Below are positions 1-9,595 of a stretch of DNA of 64,000 nucleotides, piece after piece; the first letter of the stretch is position 1; each line of letters begins with the position of its first letter. Source of the stretch: Candidatus Latescibacterota bacterium (GTDB lineage: Bacteria > Latescibacterota > UBA2968 > UBA8231); the NCBI GenBank assembly GCA_965204725.1, contig OZ242005.1, positions 1,408,001-1,472,000 on the forward strand, written 5' to 3'. The notes beneath the pieces are model-generated. The model worked only from the letters and a program-made list of their open reading frames with translations. It was not told where the DNA came from and made no database searches. The position numbers and the translations under genes were made by a program.

Positions 1-792
1 TCCGTGGAGGTCATGGCCTCGCTGCCGAGCGTCATCTTGGGTTTTCTCGCGGGTTTGTGGCTGGCGCCCCTCCTCGAATCGCACTTGTTGGGAACCTTGC
101 TGCTGCTGCCGGCCGTGCCAGCCGCAGTCATGGCCGCGGCTTGGGGGTGGCAATACGCCCCGGCGGCGTGGGTGCGCCGAGTGGCAGAGGTGGGGGAGAT
201 GTACCTGCTCGGTGCGGTGACCCTGCTGGTCGCTGGGGCGGCGTACGCGCTGGGGCCGGTCTTTGAGGAATGGGCCTTTGACGGGCACTTCCTGCGCTGG
301 CTGCGGCAAGACGCGGGCGTAGGCTACGACCAGCGCAACTGCTTGGTGGTGGGCTTTGCCATGGGCTTTGCGGTCATTCCGCTGATCTTCACCATCTGCG
401 AGGACGCGCTCTCCAGCGTACCCGGGCACTTGCGCGCCGGCTCGCTGGCCTTGGGGGCCACGCCTTGGCAGACGGCGATCAAGGTGGTGTTGCCCATGGC
501 CCTGCCGGGCATTTTCTCGGCCGCGATGATCGGCCTTGGCCGCGCCATTGGGGAAACCATGATCGTGCTGATGGCCACCGGCAATACCCCGATCATGGAT
601 TGGAACATTTTTAACGGCATGCGCACCATCTCGGCCAACATCGCCGTAGAGCTACCCGAAGCGCCGCACCAAGGGACGCTCTACCGAGTGCTCTTCCTCA
701 GCGGCCTGCTGCTGTTTACGGTCACCTTCTGCATCAACTCGCTGGCCGAGGTCGTGCGGCAGCGCCTGCGGGACAAGTACAATCGACTGTGA
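1..792 (+). CDS. pstC: Phosphate ABC transporter permease PstC (5'-truncated by window edge)
   Basis: ABC permease EAA-loop region (SLALGATPWQT), RAIGETMIVLMATGN motif; first gene of the pst operon. Confidence 0.9.
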   Translation, partial: SVEVMASLPSVILGFLAGLWLAPLLESHLLGTLLLLPAVPAAVMAAAWGWQYAPAAWVRRVAEVGEMYLLGAVTLLVAGAAYALGPVFEEWAFDGHFLRWLRQDAGVGYDQRNCLVVGFAMGFAVIPLIFTICEDALSSVPGHLRAGSLALGATPWQTAIKVVLPMALPGIFSAAMIGLGRAIGETMIVLMATGNTPIMDWNIFNGMRTISANIAVELPEAPHQGTLYRVLFLSGLLLFTVTFCINSLAEVVRQRLRDKYNRL

Positions 793-2384
793 TGGGCTTT
801 TGGCGGCGGGGCGACCCTTTTATCTGGCTTACGGGCGGCGCGTTGGCCCTGTGCTTGGCGATGATCGCCGGCTTGGTGGGGATCATTGTCTATCACGGTG
901 CCGGCGCGTTCTGGCCGCAGGATCTGACCCTGTTGCGCCTCCAAGACGACCGGCGCGTCTTGGGCAAACTGGTCGATCGCCAGCCCATTCCCGGGGCCGC
1001 AGAGAGCCATCGAGTGCAGCTAAAGGTCGGCAACCGCGATGTGTATGGACAAGACTTCCGCTGGGTGGATGAAGCGGCCATTGCCGAGCGCGAAACGCCG
1101 GCCGAGGCCGTGGTGTTCGAGCGGGTCGAGTGGGGGGATATGCACGGCTTTGTCACGGCCTTGTACGAGGAAGAGCGGGTACTCGCAACAGGAGAGGGGG
1201 TCTGGGACGCCTTGCAGGGGGTGATGGCCCAAGCCAGCGAGTTGGGCGAGCGCATCCACTCCTTAGAGCGCGGACCCATCGGCGAGCTCAGCTACGAAAT
1301 AGAGGACTTGCGCCGGCAAGAGCGGCGCTGGCAACGCGAGCAAAACGACGCGCAACTCGCGGCTAACGAGGTGCGCCGCCAAGCCCTGTGGGCCGAGCAC
1401 GAGGCCCTGTCGGAGCGCTTGGACGAGTTGCGGGCGCAGCACCAGCGCTGGGCGGTGGAGGTCGCGCTGGCGGGCGGCGAGACGCGCCGGGTGGATGTCG
1501 CGGCCATCGTCCGCGCCTATCGCCCCAATTCGATGGGCCTTGGGGCCAAGGTGCAGACCTATCTGTCCAAGGGCTGGGAATTCGTGGCGGGCGAGCCGCG
1601 CGAATCCAACACCGAGGGCGGCATATTCCCGGCGATCTTTGGCACCGTGATGATGGTGATGCTGATGAGCTTGGCGGCCGTGCCCTTTGGGGTCTTGGCG
1701 GCGCTCTACCTGCGCGAGTACGCCCGGCAGGGCTTTTTGGTGCGCCTCGTGCGCATTGCGGTCAACAACTTGGCCGGCGTACCTTCCATTGTCTTTGGCA
1801 TGTTCGGATTGGGCTTTTTCGTGTACGGCATTGGCGGCAGCATTGACCAGCTTTTTTATGCGGACGCCCTGCCGACGCCCACCTATGGCACCGGCGGCAT
1901 TCTCTGGGCCTCCCTGACCCTCGCCCTGCTGACGGTTCCGGTCGTCATCGTTGCCACTGAGGAGGGCTTGGCGGCCGTGCCGCGGGAGATGCGCGAGGGG
2001 GCGCTGGCTTTGGGGGCGACCAAATTTCAGATGATTTGGACCGTGGTGCTGCCCAGCGCGCTGCCGGGCATTCTCACCGGGGTCATCTTGGCCACGGCGC
2101 GCGGGGCCGGCGAGGTCGCGCCGCTGATGATCACCGGCGTAGTCAAGCTGGCGCCGGATTTACCCCTCGATGCGTTCGCGCCGTTTTTTCATCTAGAGCG
2201 CAAGTTCATGCACTTGGGCTTTCACATCTACGACGTGGGCTTTCAGTCGCCCAACGTGGAGGCGGCCCGGCCCATGGTGTACACCACGGCCCTGCTGCTG
2301 TTGGCCATTGTGCTGCTCCTGAACTTGACGGCGATTGTCGTCCGCAACAAACTGCGTAGGAAATACGCCATGTCGGCCTTTTAG
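789..2384 (+). CDS. pstA: Phosphate ABC transporter permease PstA with large periplasmic insertion
   Basis: [31 protein letters not shown] motifs; overlaps pstC stop. Confidence 0.92.
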   Translation: MMGFWRRGDPFIWLTGGALALCLAMIAGLVGIIVYHGAGAFWPQDLTLLRLQDDRRVLGKLVDRQPIPGAAESHRVQLKVGNRDVYGQDFRWVDEAAIAERETPAEAVVFERVEWGDMHGFVTALYEEERVLATGEGVWDALQGVMAQASELGERIHSLERGPIGELSYEIEDLRRQERRWQREQNDAQLAANEVRRQALWAEHEALSERLDELRAQHQRWAVEVALAGGETRRVDVAAIVRAYRPNSMGLGAKVQTYLSKGWEFVAGEPRESNTEGGIFPAIFGTVMMVMLMSLAAVPFGVLAALYLREYARQGFLVRLVRIAVNNLAGVPSIVFGMFGLGFFVYGIGGSIDQLFYADALPTPTYGTGGILWASLTLALLTVPVVIVATEEGLAAVPREMREGALALGATKFQMIWTVVLPSALPGILTGVILATARGAGEVAPLMITGVVKLAPDLPLDAFAPFFHLERKFMHLGFHIYDVGFQSPNVEAARPMVYTTALLLLAIVLLLNLTAIVVRNKLRRKYAMSAF

Positions 2385-2392
2385 GAGATGCA

Positions 2393-3175
2393 ATGAGCAA
2401 GCCCCCAACCCCGGCGGATGACAACGCCATCGTCGAAGTGGAAAACCTGAGCATGTTCTACGGCGAGACGCAGGCTTTGCACGACATTGACCTGTGCATT
2501 CCCGAGCGCGAGGTGACCGCGTTTATCGGGCCTTCGGGCTGCGGCAAATCAACGCTCTTGCGCTGCCTCAATCGCCTCAACGACCTGATCGAATCCGCGC
2601 GCATTCAAGGCGTGGTGCGGGTCAGCGGCCGCGACATTTACGCGCCCGATTGCGATGTGATCGACTTGCGGCGGCGGGTGGGCATGGTATTTCAAAAGTC
2701 CAATCCCTTCCCCAAGTCCATTTACGAGAACGTGGCCTACGGCCTGCGGATCGCCGGGGAAAACCGCCGCTGGGTGCTCGACGAGGCCGTGGAGAAGAGC
2801 CTGCGGGCGGCCGCGCTGTGGGACGAGGTCGAGGACCGGCTCAAGGACAGCGCCATGGGCCTGTCCGGCGGCCAGCAGCAGCGGCTGTGCATCGCTCGCA
2901 CCTTGGCCGTTGAGCCGGAGGTGATCCTGATGGATGAGCCGTGCTCCGCGCTCGACCCGATTGCCACCGCCCGGATTGAGGAGACCATCACCGAGCTGAA
3001 GTCCGATTACACCATCATCGTCGTCACGCACAATCTGCAACAAGCGGCGCGGATTTCGACCTACACGGCCTTCTACTATCTAGGCTCCTTAATTGAGTTC
3101 AGCCAGACCGAAGACATGTTCACCAATCCCCGCCGCAAGCAGACCGAAGACTACGTAACCGGCCGCTTTGGCTGA
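2393..3175 (+). CDS. pstB: Phosphate ABC transporter ATP-binding protein
   Basis: Walker [31 protein letters not shown]-terminal [10 protein letters not shown]. Confidence 0.97.
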   Translation: MSKPPTPADDNAIVEVENLSMFYGETQALHDIDLCIPEREVTAFIGPSGCGKSTLLRCLNRLNDLIESARIQGVVRVSGRDIYAPDCDVIDLRRRVGMVFQKSNPFPKSIYENVAYGLRIAGENRRWVLDEAVEKSLRAAALWDEVEDRLKDSAMGLSGGQQQRLCIARTLAVEPEVILMDEPCSALDPIATARIEETITELKSDYTIIVVTHNLQQAARISTYTAFYYLGSLIEFSQTEDMFTNPRRKQTEDYVTGRFG

Positions 3176-3189
3176 GGTGGAAAGACGCC

Positions 3190-3879
3190 ATGGAACGCAA
3201 ATTCGACCACCAATTAGACGAGCTCAAGCAGGACCTATTAAAAATGGGCGGGGCCGTTGAGGAGTCCATTGAGCAGGCCGTGCGCGCCCTCGTGGACCGC
3301 GACGACGCGCTCGTGCAGACCGTGATTGAGGGCGGGAAGAAGATCGACGACTGGGAAATCGGCGTTGAGGAGACCTGCCTGAAGATGGTTGCGACCCAAG
3401 GGCCGATGGCCAGCGACCTGCGGCTGTTGGCCTGCATCCTGAAAATCAACGAAGACCTAGAGCGGATCAACGACGAAGCCGTCAATATCGCCCAGCGCGC
3501 CGCAGTGCTCAACAAGCTGCCGTTGCTCAAGCCCCTGATCGACATACCGCGAATGTCCGAGTTGGCGCAGCGCATGGTCAAGGACGCCCTCGACGCCTTC
3601 GTGCGCCGCGATGTGAAGCTGGCCCGCGCCGTTGGTCAGCGCGACGACGCGCTCGACCTGTTGCGCGACCAGATTTTTCGCGAGTTGCTGACGTACATGC
3701 ACGCGCCGGCGATTGGGCCGGACACCATCGACCGCGGCATCTACCTGATCTTGGTGTCGCGGCACCTCGAAAGGATTGGCGATCACGCCTCCAACATCGC
3801 CGAGAACGTGGTGTTCCTCGTGGAGGGGCGCATCGTGCGGCATCAAAAAGAAGAGTGGTGGGAGGAAAGCGACGCATGA
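3190..3879 (+). CDS. phoU: Phosphate signalling complex protein PhoU
   Basis: QGPMASDLR, DLERIND and HLERIGDHASNIAE repeats; follows pstB. Confidence 0.95.
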   Translation: MERKFDHQLDELKQDLLKMGGAVEESIEQAVRALVDRDDALVQTVIEGGKKIDDWEIGVEETCLKMVATQGPMASDLRLLACILKINEDLERINDEAVNIAQRAAVLNKLPLLKPLIDIPRMSELAQRMVKDALDAFVRRDVKLARAVGQRDDALDLLRDQIFRELLTYMHAPAIGPDTIDRGIYLILVSRHLERIGDHASNIAENVVFLVEGRIVRHQKEEWWEESDA

Positions 3880-4568
3880 ACGACAAAATTCTAGTGGTGG
3901 AGGACGAGCCCGACATCCTCGAATTGGTCGCGTACCATCTAGAACAGTCCGGTTTTGCGGTCGCGCTGGCCGAGGACGGCGAGCAGGCCCTGAGTGCGAT
4001 TGAGCGCGAGCGGGTCGGCCTCGTGGTCTTGGATTTGATGCTGCCGGGCATCAGCGGCTTGGAGGTCTGCCGCCGCCTCAAGCAAACGCCCCGCACCAAG
4101 GACCTCCCGGTCTTGATGCTGACGGCGCGGGCCGAAGAGGTGGACCGCGTCGTTGGGCTGGAACTGGGCGCGGACGATTACTTGGTCAAGCCCTTTTCCC
4201 CCCGCGAGCTGGTCTTGCGCATCCGCGCCATATTGCGCCGCATTGAGGGGAGCGGCGAAGCGGAAGCCGCCCAGATCGCGGCCGGTCCCTTGGTCATTGA
4301 CCTCGTGGGATGTCAGGTGCAACTCGGGCGCGATCCCATTGAGCTGACGGCGACCGAGTTCAAGCTCTTGACGACCCTAGCGCAGCGGCGCGGCCGGGTG
4401 CAGTCGCGGGAGGAGTTGCTCAAGGTGGTGTGGGGCTACGAGTACATTGGGTATCACCGCACGGTGGATACGCACATCCGCCGCCTGCGGGAAAAGCTCG
4501 GGCCGGCCGCCGAGCTGGTCGAAACCGTGCGCGGCATGGGCTATCGCTTTCGCCGAGAGGATCGCTGA
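3876..4568 (+). CDS. phoB: OmpR/PhoB-family response regulator
   Basis: Receiver domain (VEDE, LDLMLP, KPFS) plus winged helix (RTVDTHIRRLREK); ATGA overlap with phoU. Confidence 0.88.
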   Translation: MNDKILVVEDEPDILELVAYHLEQSGFAVALAEDGEQALSAIERERVGLVVLDLMLPGISGLEVCRRLKQTPRTKDLPVLMLTARAEEVDRVVGLELGADDYLVKPFSPRELVLRIRAILRRIEGSGEAEAAQIAAGPLVIDLVGCQVQLGRDPIELTATEFKLLTTLAQRRGRVQSREELLKVVWGYEYIGYHRTVDTHIRRLREKLGPAAELVETVRGMGYRFRREDR

Positions 4569-4569
4569 G

Positions 4570-5883
4570 GTGCGTCTGGGGTGGATGTTGCTCCTGAGCA
4601 ACGCGCTCTGGGCCGCGCTCGTGTGGTGGAGCGACAACCTTGCGTTCGCGCTCGTGCTGACCGCGCTCTGGACTGGCGGCCAAATCTGGTTGTGGGACCG
4701 CGCGGCCCGGCGGCAGGGAACGCGGGTGCGCCAACTCGACGAAGCGGCGCTCGGTGGCCCTGCTTGGGTGGAGGGGTTTCATCCCGAGTTGGCAGGTGCC
4801 TTGGAGGACCTCGCCGAGCGCATTCAACAGCGCGTCCAGCGGCTAGAGCGCGAAAAGAGCCGCTTAGAGGTCATCCTCGAAAGCATTACCGAGGCCATCT
4901 TGGTCGTCGATCGCGACAGCCGGGTGGTGCTGGCCAACAAGGCGCTGGCCAACCTGTTTGGCTTAAACTCGCCGCTAGAGGGGCTGTTGACCGTTGAGGT
5001 CGTGCGGTACGCGGCCATCCAAGATGCGCTGGCTAGGTGTTTGGCCGAAGGGCGAAGCCGAGCAATGGAAGTGGAACTGACCGGCGTCCCGGAGTGCCAT
5101 TTAGACCTGCAAGTCGCGCCCGTCCTCGACGGGAACGAGTGCATCGGTGCGGTGGCGGTCCTCTACGATATTACGCGCCTGCGCCAACTAGAGCGGATGC
5201 GCCGCGACTTTGTAGCCAACGTGTCCCACGAGTTGCGTACGCCGTTGGCGGCCATTAAGGGCTATGCCGAGATTTTATCCGACGGCGCGCTCGACGACCG
5301 GGCGACCGCCCGCCGCTTCACCGGCATCATCGAAAATCACGCCGATCGCCTGACGCACCTGCTCGGCGACTTGCTCGACCTGTCGCGGCTAGAGTCGGAC
5401 CAGTTGGAGGTTGAGCTGGCCCCTTGCCCGCTAAAGCGCTTGGTCGATACGTCCGTTGGTTCGGTCGGCCAAGCGGCCGCGCAAAAGCAAATCGCCCTTC
5501 ACAGCGACATTCCGCCCGCTGTCAAGGTGATCTGCGATGCCAAGTTGATCGAACAAGCCCTCATCAACTTGCTCGACAACGCCATCAAGTACACGCCCGT
5601 CGGCGGGCAAGTCCGCATTGGCACGCGGCCGGTAGAGGGAACGGATCGCCTGACGATTTACGTCAAAGACACCGGCATTGGCATCCCTTCCGAGGACTTG
5701 GGCCGGATTTTCGAGCGTTTCTACCGGGTTGATAAGGGGCGCTCGGGCGTCCTCGGCGGCACGGGCTTGGGATTGTCCATCGTGCGCCATATTGCCGAGG
5801 TCCACGGCGAGCAGGTGAGCGTCCAGAGCACGTTAGGAGAGGGGACGACCTTCAGCTTTGAACTGCAAAGCCGCATTGTTTAA
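4570..5883 (+). CDS. phoR: PhoR-like PAS sensor histidine kinase
   Basis: H-box FVANVSHELRTP, N-box NLLDNAIKY, G-boxes DTGIGI and GGTGLGL; GTG start at 4570 inferred. Confidence 0.88.
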   Translation: MRLGWMLLLSNALWAALVWWSDNLAFALVLTALWTGGQIWLWDRAARRQGTRVRQLDEAALGGPAWVEGFHPELAGALEDLAERIQQRVQRLEREKSRLEVILESITEAILVVDRDSRVVLANKALANLFGLNSPLEGLLTVEVVRYAAIQDALARCLAEGRSRAMEVELTGVPECHLDLQVAPVLDGNECIGAVAVLYDITRLRQLERMRRDFVANVSHELRTPLAAIKGYAEILSDGALDDRATARRFTGIIENHADRLTHLLGDLLDLSRLESDQLEVELAPCPLKRLVDTSVGSVGQAAAQKQIALHSDIPPAVKVICDAKLIEQALINLLDNAIKYTPVGGQVRIGTRPVEGTDRLTIYVKDTGIGIPSEDLGRIFERFYRVDKGRSGVLGGTGLGLSIVRHIAEVHGEQVSVQSTLGEGTTFSFELQSRIV

Positions 5884-6244
5884 GGCCGCGATAGGGTGCT
5901 GGGCGTTGGCCGCGTTGGCGGCTGGCTGTGCTGGCGAGCGCGACGACGCCCAAGCCGCGGCGGGTAAGGCCCTGTTTACTCGCAATGGGTGCGCGGTGTG
6001 CCACGGCCCAGATGGACGCGGCGATGGTCAAGTCGCAGCGACGCTCCGGCCGCCCCCCCGCGATTTCCGCGATCCGGCCGCCTACAAAAATGGCCACAGC
6101 GCGGCGGCCATTGCCCGGACGATTGAGAAGGGAGTGCCCGGTACGGCCATGCCGGGCTATCCGCATCTCGCGGCCGAGGACCGCACGCAGATTGCCGCTT
6201 ACATCCGCTCTTTGGTAAAGAAGGAAGATGAAGACACGCCTTAG
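5858..6244 (+). CDS. Monoheme cytochrome c lipoprotein
   Basis: Lipobox LAAGC, heme motif CAVCH, distal Met in GTAMP. Confidence 0.85.
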   Translation: MNCKAALFKAAIGCWALAALAAGCAGERDDAQAAAGKALFTRNGCAVCHGPDGRGDGQVAATLRPPPRDFRDPAAYKNGHSAAAIARTIEKGVPGTAMPGYPHLAAEDRTQIAAYIRSLVKKEDEDTP

Positions 6245-7322
6245 CTTTTTGCTCACAGTCGCACTCGTCCCGCTGTTTGTTGCCGCTCCCAACCCCGTTC
6301 GCGCCCACAAGCTCAATACCAGCTACACGAATTTGATCGCCGAGGACGCCGCGCTCAAAGTGCGGGTGCGCCTCGACGATTTCGACCTCCTGAAAATCGG
6401 TATTGATCAAGACGGGGACAGCCTGCTGTTCTACGAAGAGTTGGAGGCCGGCCTCGACGACGCATTCGCCTTTGTCGAAGGACATATTCGGCTGAAGGCG
6501 GATGGCCAGCCGCTCTCCTTGGTGCGCGGCAGCGGGGACATCACCCCGGACAACAAGGGGAACATGTTTGCCAACCTGTACTTCAGTGCCGAGTTAGAGG
6601 CCCCGGTCGGCGCGTTGGAGGTGTGGATTGGCTGGCCGGAGCGCTTTGGGGACGCGCACAAAAACTTGGCCCGAATCTCGTTGCCCGGGCAGCCGCTGGT
6701 CCAAGCCGTGTTCTCGGCCGAGTCGCCGCAGCAGACCTTTGCCGGGCAGCAATCGCTGTGGGAGCAGCTATTCGAGTTTGCGGCCCTCGGGGTGGAGCAC
6801 ATTTTCCTCGGCTACGACCACGTCCTGTTTCTGCTGGCGCTGATTGTGGTCGGCGGTCGGCTGCTCAGTCTGGTCAAGGTCGTCACAGCCTTTACCGTGG
6901 CCCACAGCATCACCCTCTGCTTGGCGGCCCTTGAAATCGTCCGCCTGCCGAGCGAGTGGATCGAGGCGGGCATCGCCTTGAGCATCGTGTACGTCGCGGC
7001 GGAAAATTTCTGGCTCAAGCGCCCGGATCACCGCTGGACGATCACCTTTGCTTTTGGGCTGGTCCACGGGTTTGGCTTCGCCAATGTGCTGCGCGAGTTG
7101 GGGCTGCCGACGCACGGGCTGGTTGCCTCGCTGTTTGCGTTCAACGCCGGCGTGGAAATCGGCCAAATAGGCATCGTCGCGCTCGTCTTTCCGTTGATCG
7201 CTTGGCTGGGCCGACAGTCTTATCAGCGGACAGTTGTTTTGGTGGTGTCGGCCGTGATTGGGCTTTTTGGGGTGGGTTGGTTTGTCGAGCGGGTTTTTGG
7301 GCTGGAGTATATGCCGCTGTGA
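6228..7322 (+). CDS. HupE/UreJ-family membrane protein with periplasmic N-terminal domain
   Basis: Signal peptide then AH; GVEHIFLGYDH, FTVAHSITL, FGLVHGFGFA, FNAGVEIGQ motifs. Confidence 0.85.
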   Translation: MKTRLSFLLTVALVPLFVAAPNPVRAHKLNTSYTNLIAEDAALKVRVRLDDFDLLKIGIDQDGDSLLFYEELEAGLDDAFAFVEGHIRLKADGQPLSLVRGSGDITPDNKGNMFANLYFSAELEAPVGALEVWIGWPERFGDAHKNLARISLPGQPLVQAVFSAESPQQTFAGQQSLWEQLFEFAALGVEHIFLGYDHVLFLLALIVVGGRLLSLVKVVTAFTVAHSITLCLAALEIVRLPSEWIEAGIALSIVYVAAENFWLKRPDHRWTITFAFGLVHGFGFANVLRELGLPTHGLVASLFAFNAGVEIGQIGIVALVFPLIAWLGRQSYQRTVVLVVSAVIGLFGVGWFVERVFGLEYMPL

Positions 7323-7419
7323 GCGCGGGCGGCGTTGACTGGCAGATAGCTTGAGCGGACGGGGTTTAGGCGGTACATTGGGCCTCCCCCGTTCCACATA
7401 CTACCCATATCGAGGCTAT

Positions 7420-7680
7420 ATGAGCAAAACGTGGCAGGTGCAAGAGGCAAAGGCGCGATTTGGCGAATTTCTCGAGGCGAGTCTAAAAGAGGGGCCGCAG
7501 ATCGTGACCAACCGCGGCGTGGAGACGGCTGTGCTCGTCCCCATAGCTCAATGGCGGAGGTTGGAGAAGCGGGCCGAGCCAACCTTGAAGGACTTGATTC
7601 TGGCGTCCGGGGCCAAGACGGAATCCCTTACTCCCCCGCGCCATCGCCACCGCCATCGGGCCACGCGGGTCTTTGAGTAG
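7420..7680 (+). CDS. Phd/YefM-family antitoxin
   Basis: WQVQEAKARFGE...GPQIVTNRG pattern; directly upstream of a vapC start. Confidence 0.85.
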   Translation: MSKTWQVQEAKARFGEFLEASLKEGPQIVTNRGVETAVLVPIAQWRRLEKRAEPTLKDLILASGAKTESLTPPRHRHRHRATRVFE

Positions 7681-7685
7681 GCTTC

Positions 7686-7971
7686 GTGTATCTCCTCGAC
7701 ACCAACGTCGTCTCGGAGTTGCGCCGTCCTAGGCCGCATGGAGCCGTGTTGCGTTGGATCAAAAACCTACCTGCTGATCAGCTTTTTCTCTCTGCCGTCA
7801 CACGACCGTTGACCGCTCCGACCAGAACGCTGATTGACATTCACAAGTCTTTGATCTCTTGGCTTGGCCAACATTCAACTGGCTGTCCTTTGCAGGGTTC
7901 AAAAGAAATTTGGGTTTATATGTCCATACATCTGTTCACCCGAAGAACTCGGCGGAGGATCAGATGATTGA
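7686..7971 (+). pseudogene. Broken PIN/VapC toxin: N-terminus of one VapC plus C-terminus of a second PIN protein in another frame
   Basis: MYLLDTNVVSELRRPRP...LFLSAVT, then similarity is lost; 7861-7971 reads LAN...GFICPYICSPEEL, a typical PIN C-terminus. Confidence 0.65.
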
Positions 7972-8134
7972 AGATCCGATTGTTGAGGAAATTCGCCAGC
8001 ACCGCAAGGCTCATGCTGCCGAACATAGAAATGACCTTGAGCGCATTGTTCACGCACTTCGCAAGCGGGAACGGAAATCGGATCGCCCGCTGTTGAATCC
8101 GGGGCCAAAGAAGCGACAATACCCGTTGGGATAG
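7964..8134 (+). CDS. Small hypothetical protein of the kind found beside PIN toxins
   Basis: MIEDPIVEEIRQHR...NDLERI; overlaps the end of the PIN remnant. Confidence 0.6.
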   Translation: MIEDPIVEEIRQHRKAHAAEHRNDLERIVHALRKRERKSDRPLLNPGPKKRQYPLG

Positions 8135-8165
8135 GCCAGATTGGTTTTGGAAAGGGGAAGTCGCT

Positions 8166-8372
8166 CTACTCCGGCTTGGCCTTAGCTACTAACGCCCCCC
8201 GCGACCCCTCAATGAGACCCTCAATACGAGCCACCCGCTCGCCAAGTTCCGCAATATCCGAGCTCAGGTTCCACGAAAACGCAAGAATAGCCAATAGACC
8301 TGCTAGATTGAGCCACCCCAATCCCACCTGAAGACCTTGAGGGGGCTGGGTATCAGCATGAGAGGACTCCAT
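8166..8372 (-). CDS. Small membrane-anchored coiled-coil protein
   Basis: GGAGG RBS, one hydrophobic helix followed by ELGERVARIEG. Confidence 0.6.
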   Translation of the reverse strand: MESSHADTQPPQGLQVGLGWLNLAGLLAILAFSWNLSSDIAELGERVARIEGLIEGSRGALVAKAKPE

Positions 8373-8399
8373 TTTTGACCTCCATTTTGTTTGGTACAG

Positions 8400-8427
8400 A
8401 GTATATGCGGCCAAGGCTGAGTGTCAA
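8400..8427 (-). promoter_or_regulatory. Sigma-70-type promoter
   Basis: TTGACA-N16-TATACT on the minus strand upstream of the 8372 start. Confidence 0.6.
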
Positions 8428-8464
8428 AAACCCAGCGAGCGATTGGCCCTTTTCCGGTTAGCGA

Positions 8465-9595
8465 CTAGAAATCCGCGAATGCGCCGTCCTCGGGGTGGCG
8501 GCGCATCGTCCGCTGTCGCCACGGGCCGCGGTGAGTAGCCGCCTCTAACCCCGCTGGTTCGATCTCTACGCCCAATCCCGGACCGCGCGGCAATTCCACA
8601 AATCCATCCTTCATTTGCAACGGGGCGGTGAAAAACCCTTCGCCGCCACCGCCGCCGTATTCCATGATGAGAAAGTTAGGCGTGCCGGCCATCGCGTGGA
8701 CGGAGGCGACGATGCCGAGGGGGTCGGCGGCGTTGTGGGGCGCGACCGCGATCTCGTGGACTTCGACTAAGGCGGCAATTTTCTTCATTTCGAGCAGGCC
8801 GCCGCAGTGGCGGATATCGGGCTGGATGATGGCCGCGGCCTTGCGCTCGCACAATTCGCGGAAGCCCCAGCGGGTCGCGCACCGCTCGCCAGTGGCGATG
8901 GGAATGGAGGTCGAGCGCGTCAGCTCCAGCAGCGGGCCGATATTGTCGGTGGAACGGGTCGGCTCCTCCACGAAGAGCGGCCTTAGCGGCTCAAGTTCGC
9001 GCAGGAGCACCTTGGCCAGCGCCGGGCTGGTGGCGCGGTGGAAGTCGATGGCGAGGTCAATGCCCGGGCCGATGGCTTCGCGCATGGCCGCAATCCGGGA
9101 CACGACCCGCTCGATCCCGGCTGGGGTCTCGATGGGGCGCACCGGCTCGGGGAAGGGAGTGGTTTTGAGGGCGGTAAAGCCTTCGGCGACGCGCTGGCGA
9201 GCGGCTTGCGCGGCTTGCTCTGGGGTCGCGCCGCCGGCCGCTCCATAGACTCGGATGCGCTCGCGTACCGCTCCGCCCAATAGCTGCCACACGGGTAGGC
9301 CCGCGGTTTTGCCCAACAGATCCAGACAGGCCATTTCAATGCCGCTGAGGGCCGCCAACAGGATCGGCATCTGCCGGGAATAGCTGGAGCGGTAGAGGGT
9401 CTGCCAGTGGTCTTCGATTTGCAGGGGATCGCGGCCGATCAGGTAATCGCCCATGTCGAGGATGGCCCGCTCCACCGTGCGTCCGTGTTCGTAGTTCATG
9501 GGCGCGCCCAAGCCCGTGAGACCGGCGTCGGTCTCGACTTGGAGCAAGAGGCCGCGATTGTTGAGCGGCGTAACGTCGAAGCGGGTTATTTTCAT
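8465..9595 (-). CDS. Mandelate racemase/enolase-superfamily acid-sugar dehydratase (galactonate dehydratase-like)
   Basis: IDFH, FVEEP, IATGER, QPDIRHCGG, APHN motifs. Confidence 0.85.
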   Translation of the reverse strand: MKITRFDVTPLNNRGLLLQVETDAGLTGLGAPMNYEHGRTVERAILDMGDYLIGRDPLQIEDHWQTLYRSSYSRQMPILLAALSGIEMACLDLLGKTAGLPVWQLLGGAVRERIRVYGAAGGATPEQAAQAARQRVAEGFTALKTTPFPEPVRPIETPAGIERVVSRIAAMREAIGPGIDLAIDFHRATSPALAKVLLRELEPLRPLFVEEPTRSTDNIGPLLELTRSTSIPIATGERCATRWGFRELCERKAAAIIQPDIRHCGGLLEMKKIAALVEVHEIAVAPHNAADPLGIVASVHAMAGTPNFLIMEYGGGGGEGFFTAPLQMKDGFVELPRGPGLGVEIEPAGLEAATHRGPWRQRTMRRHPEDGAFADF

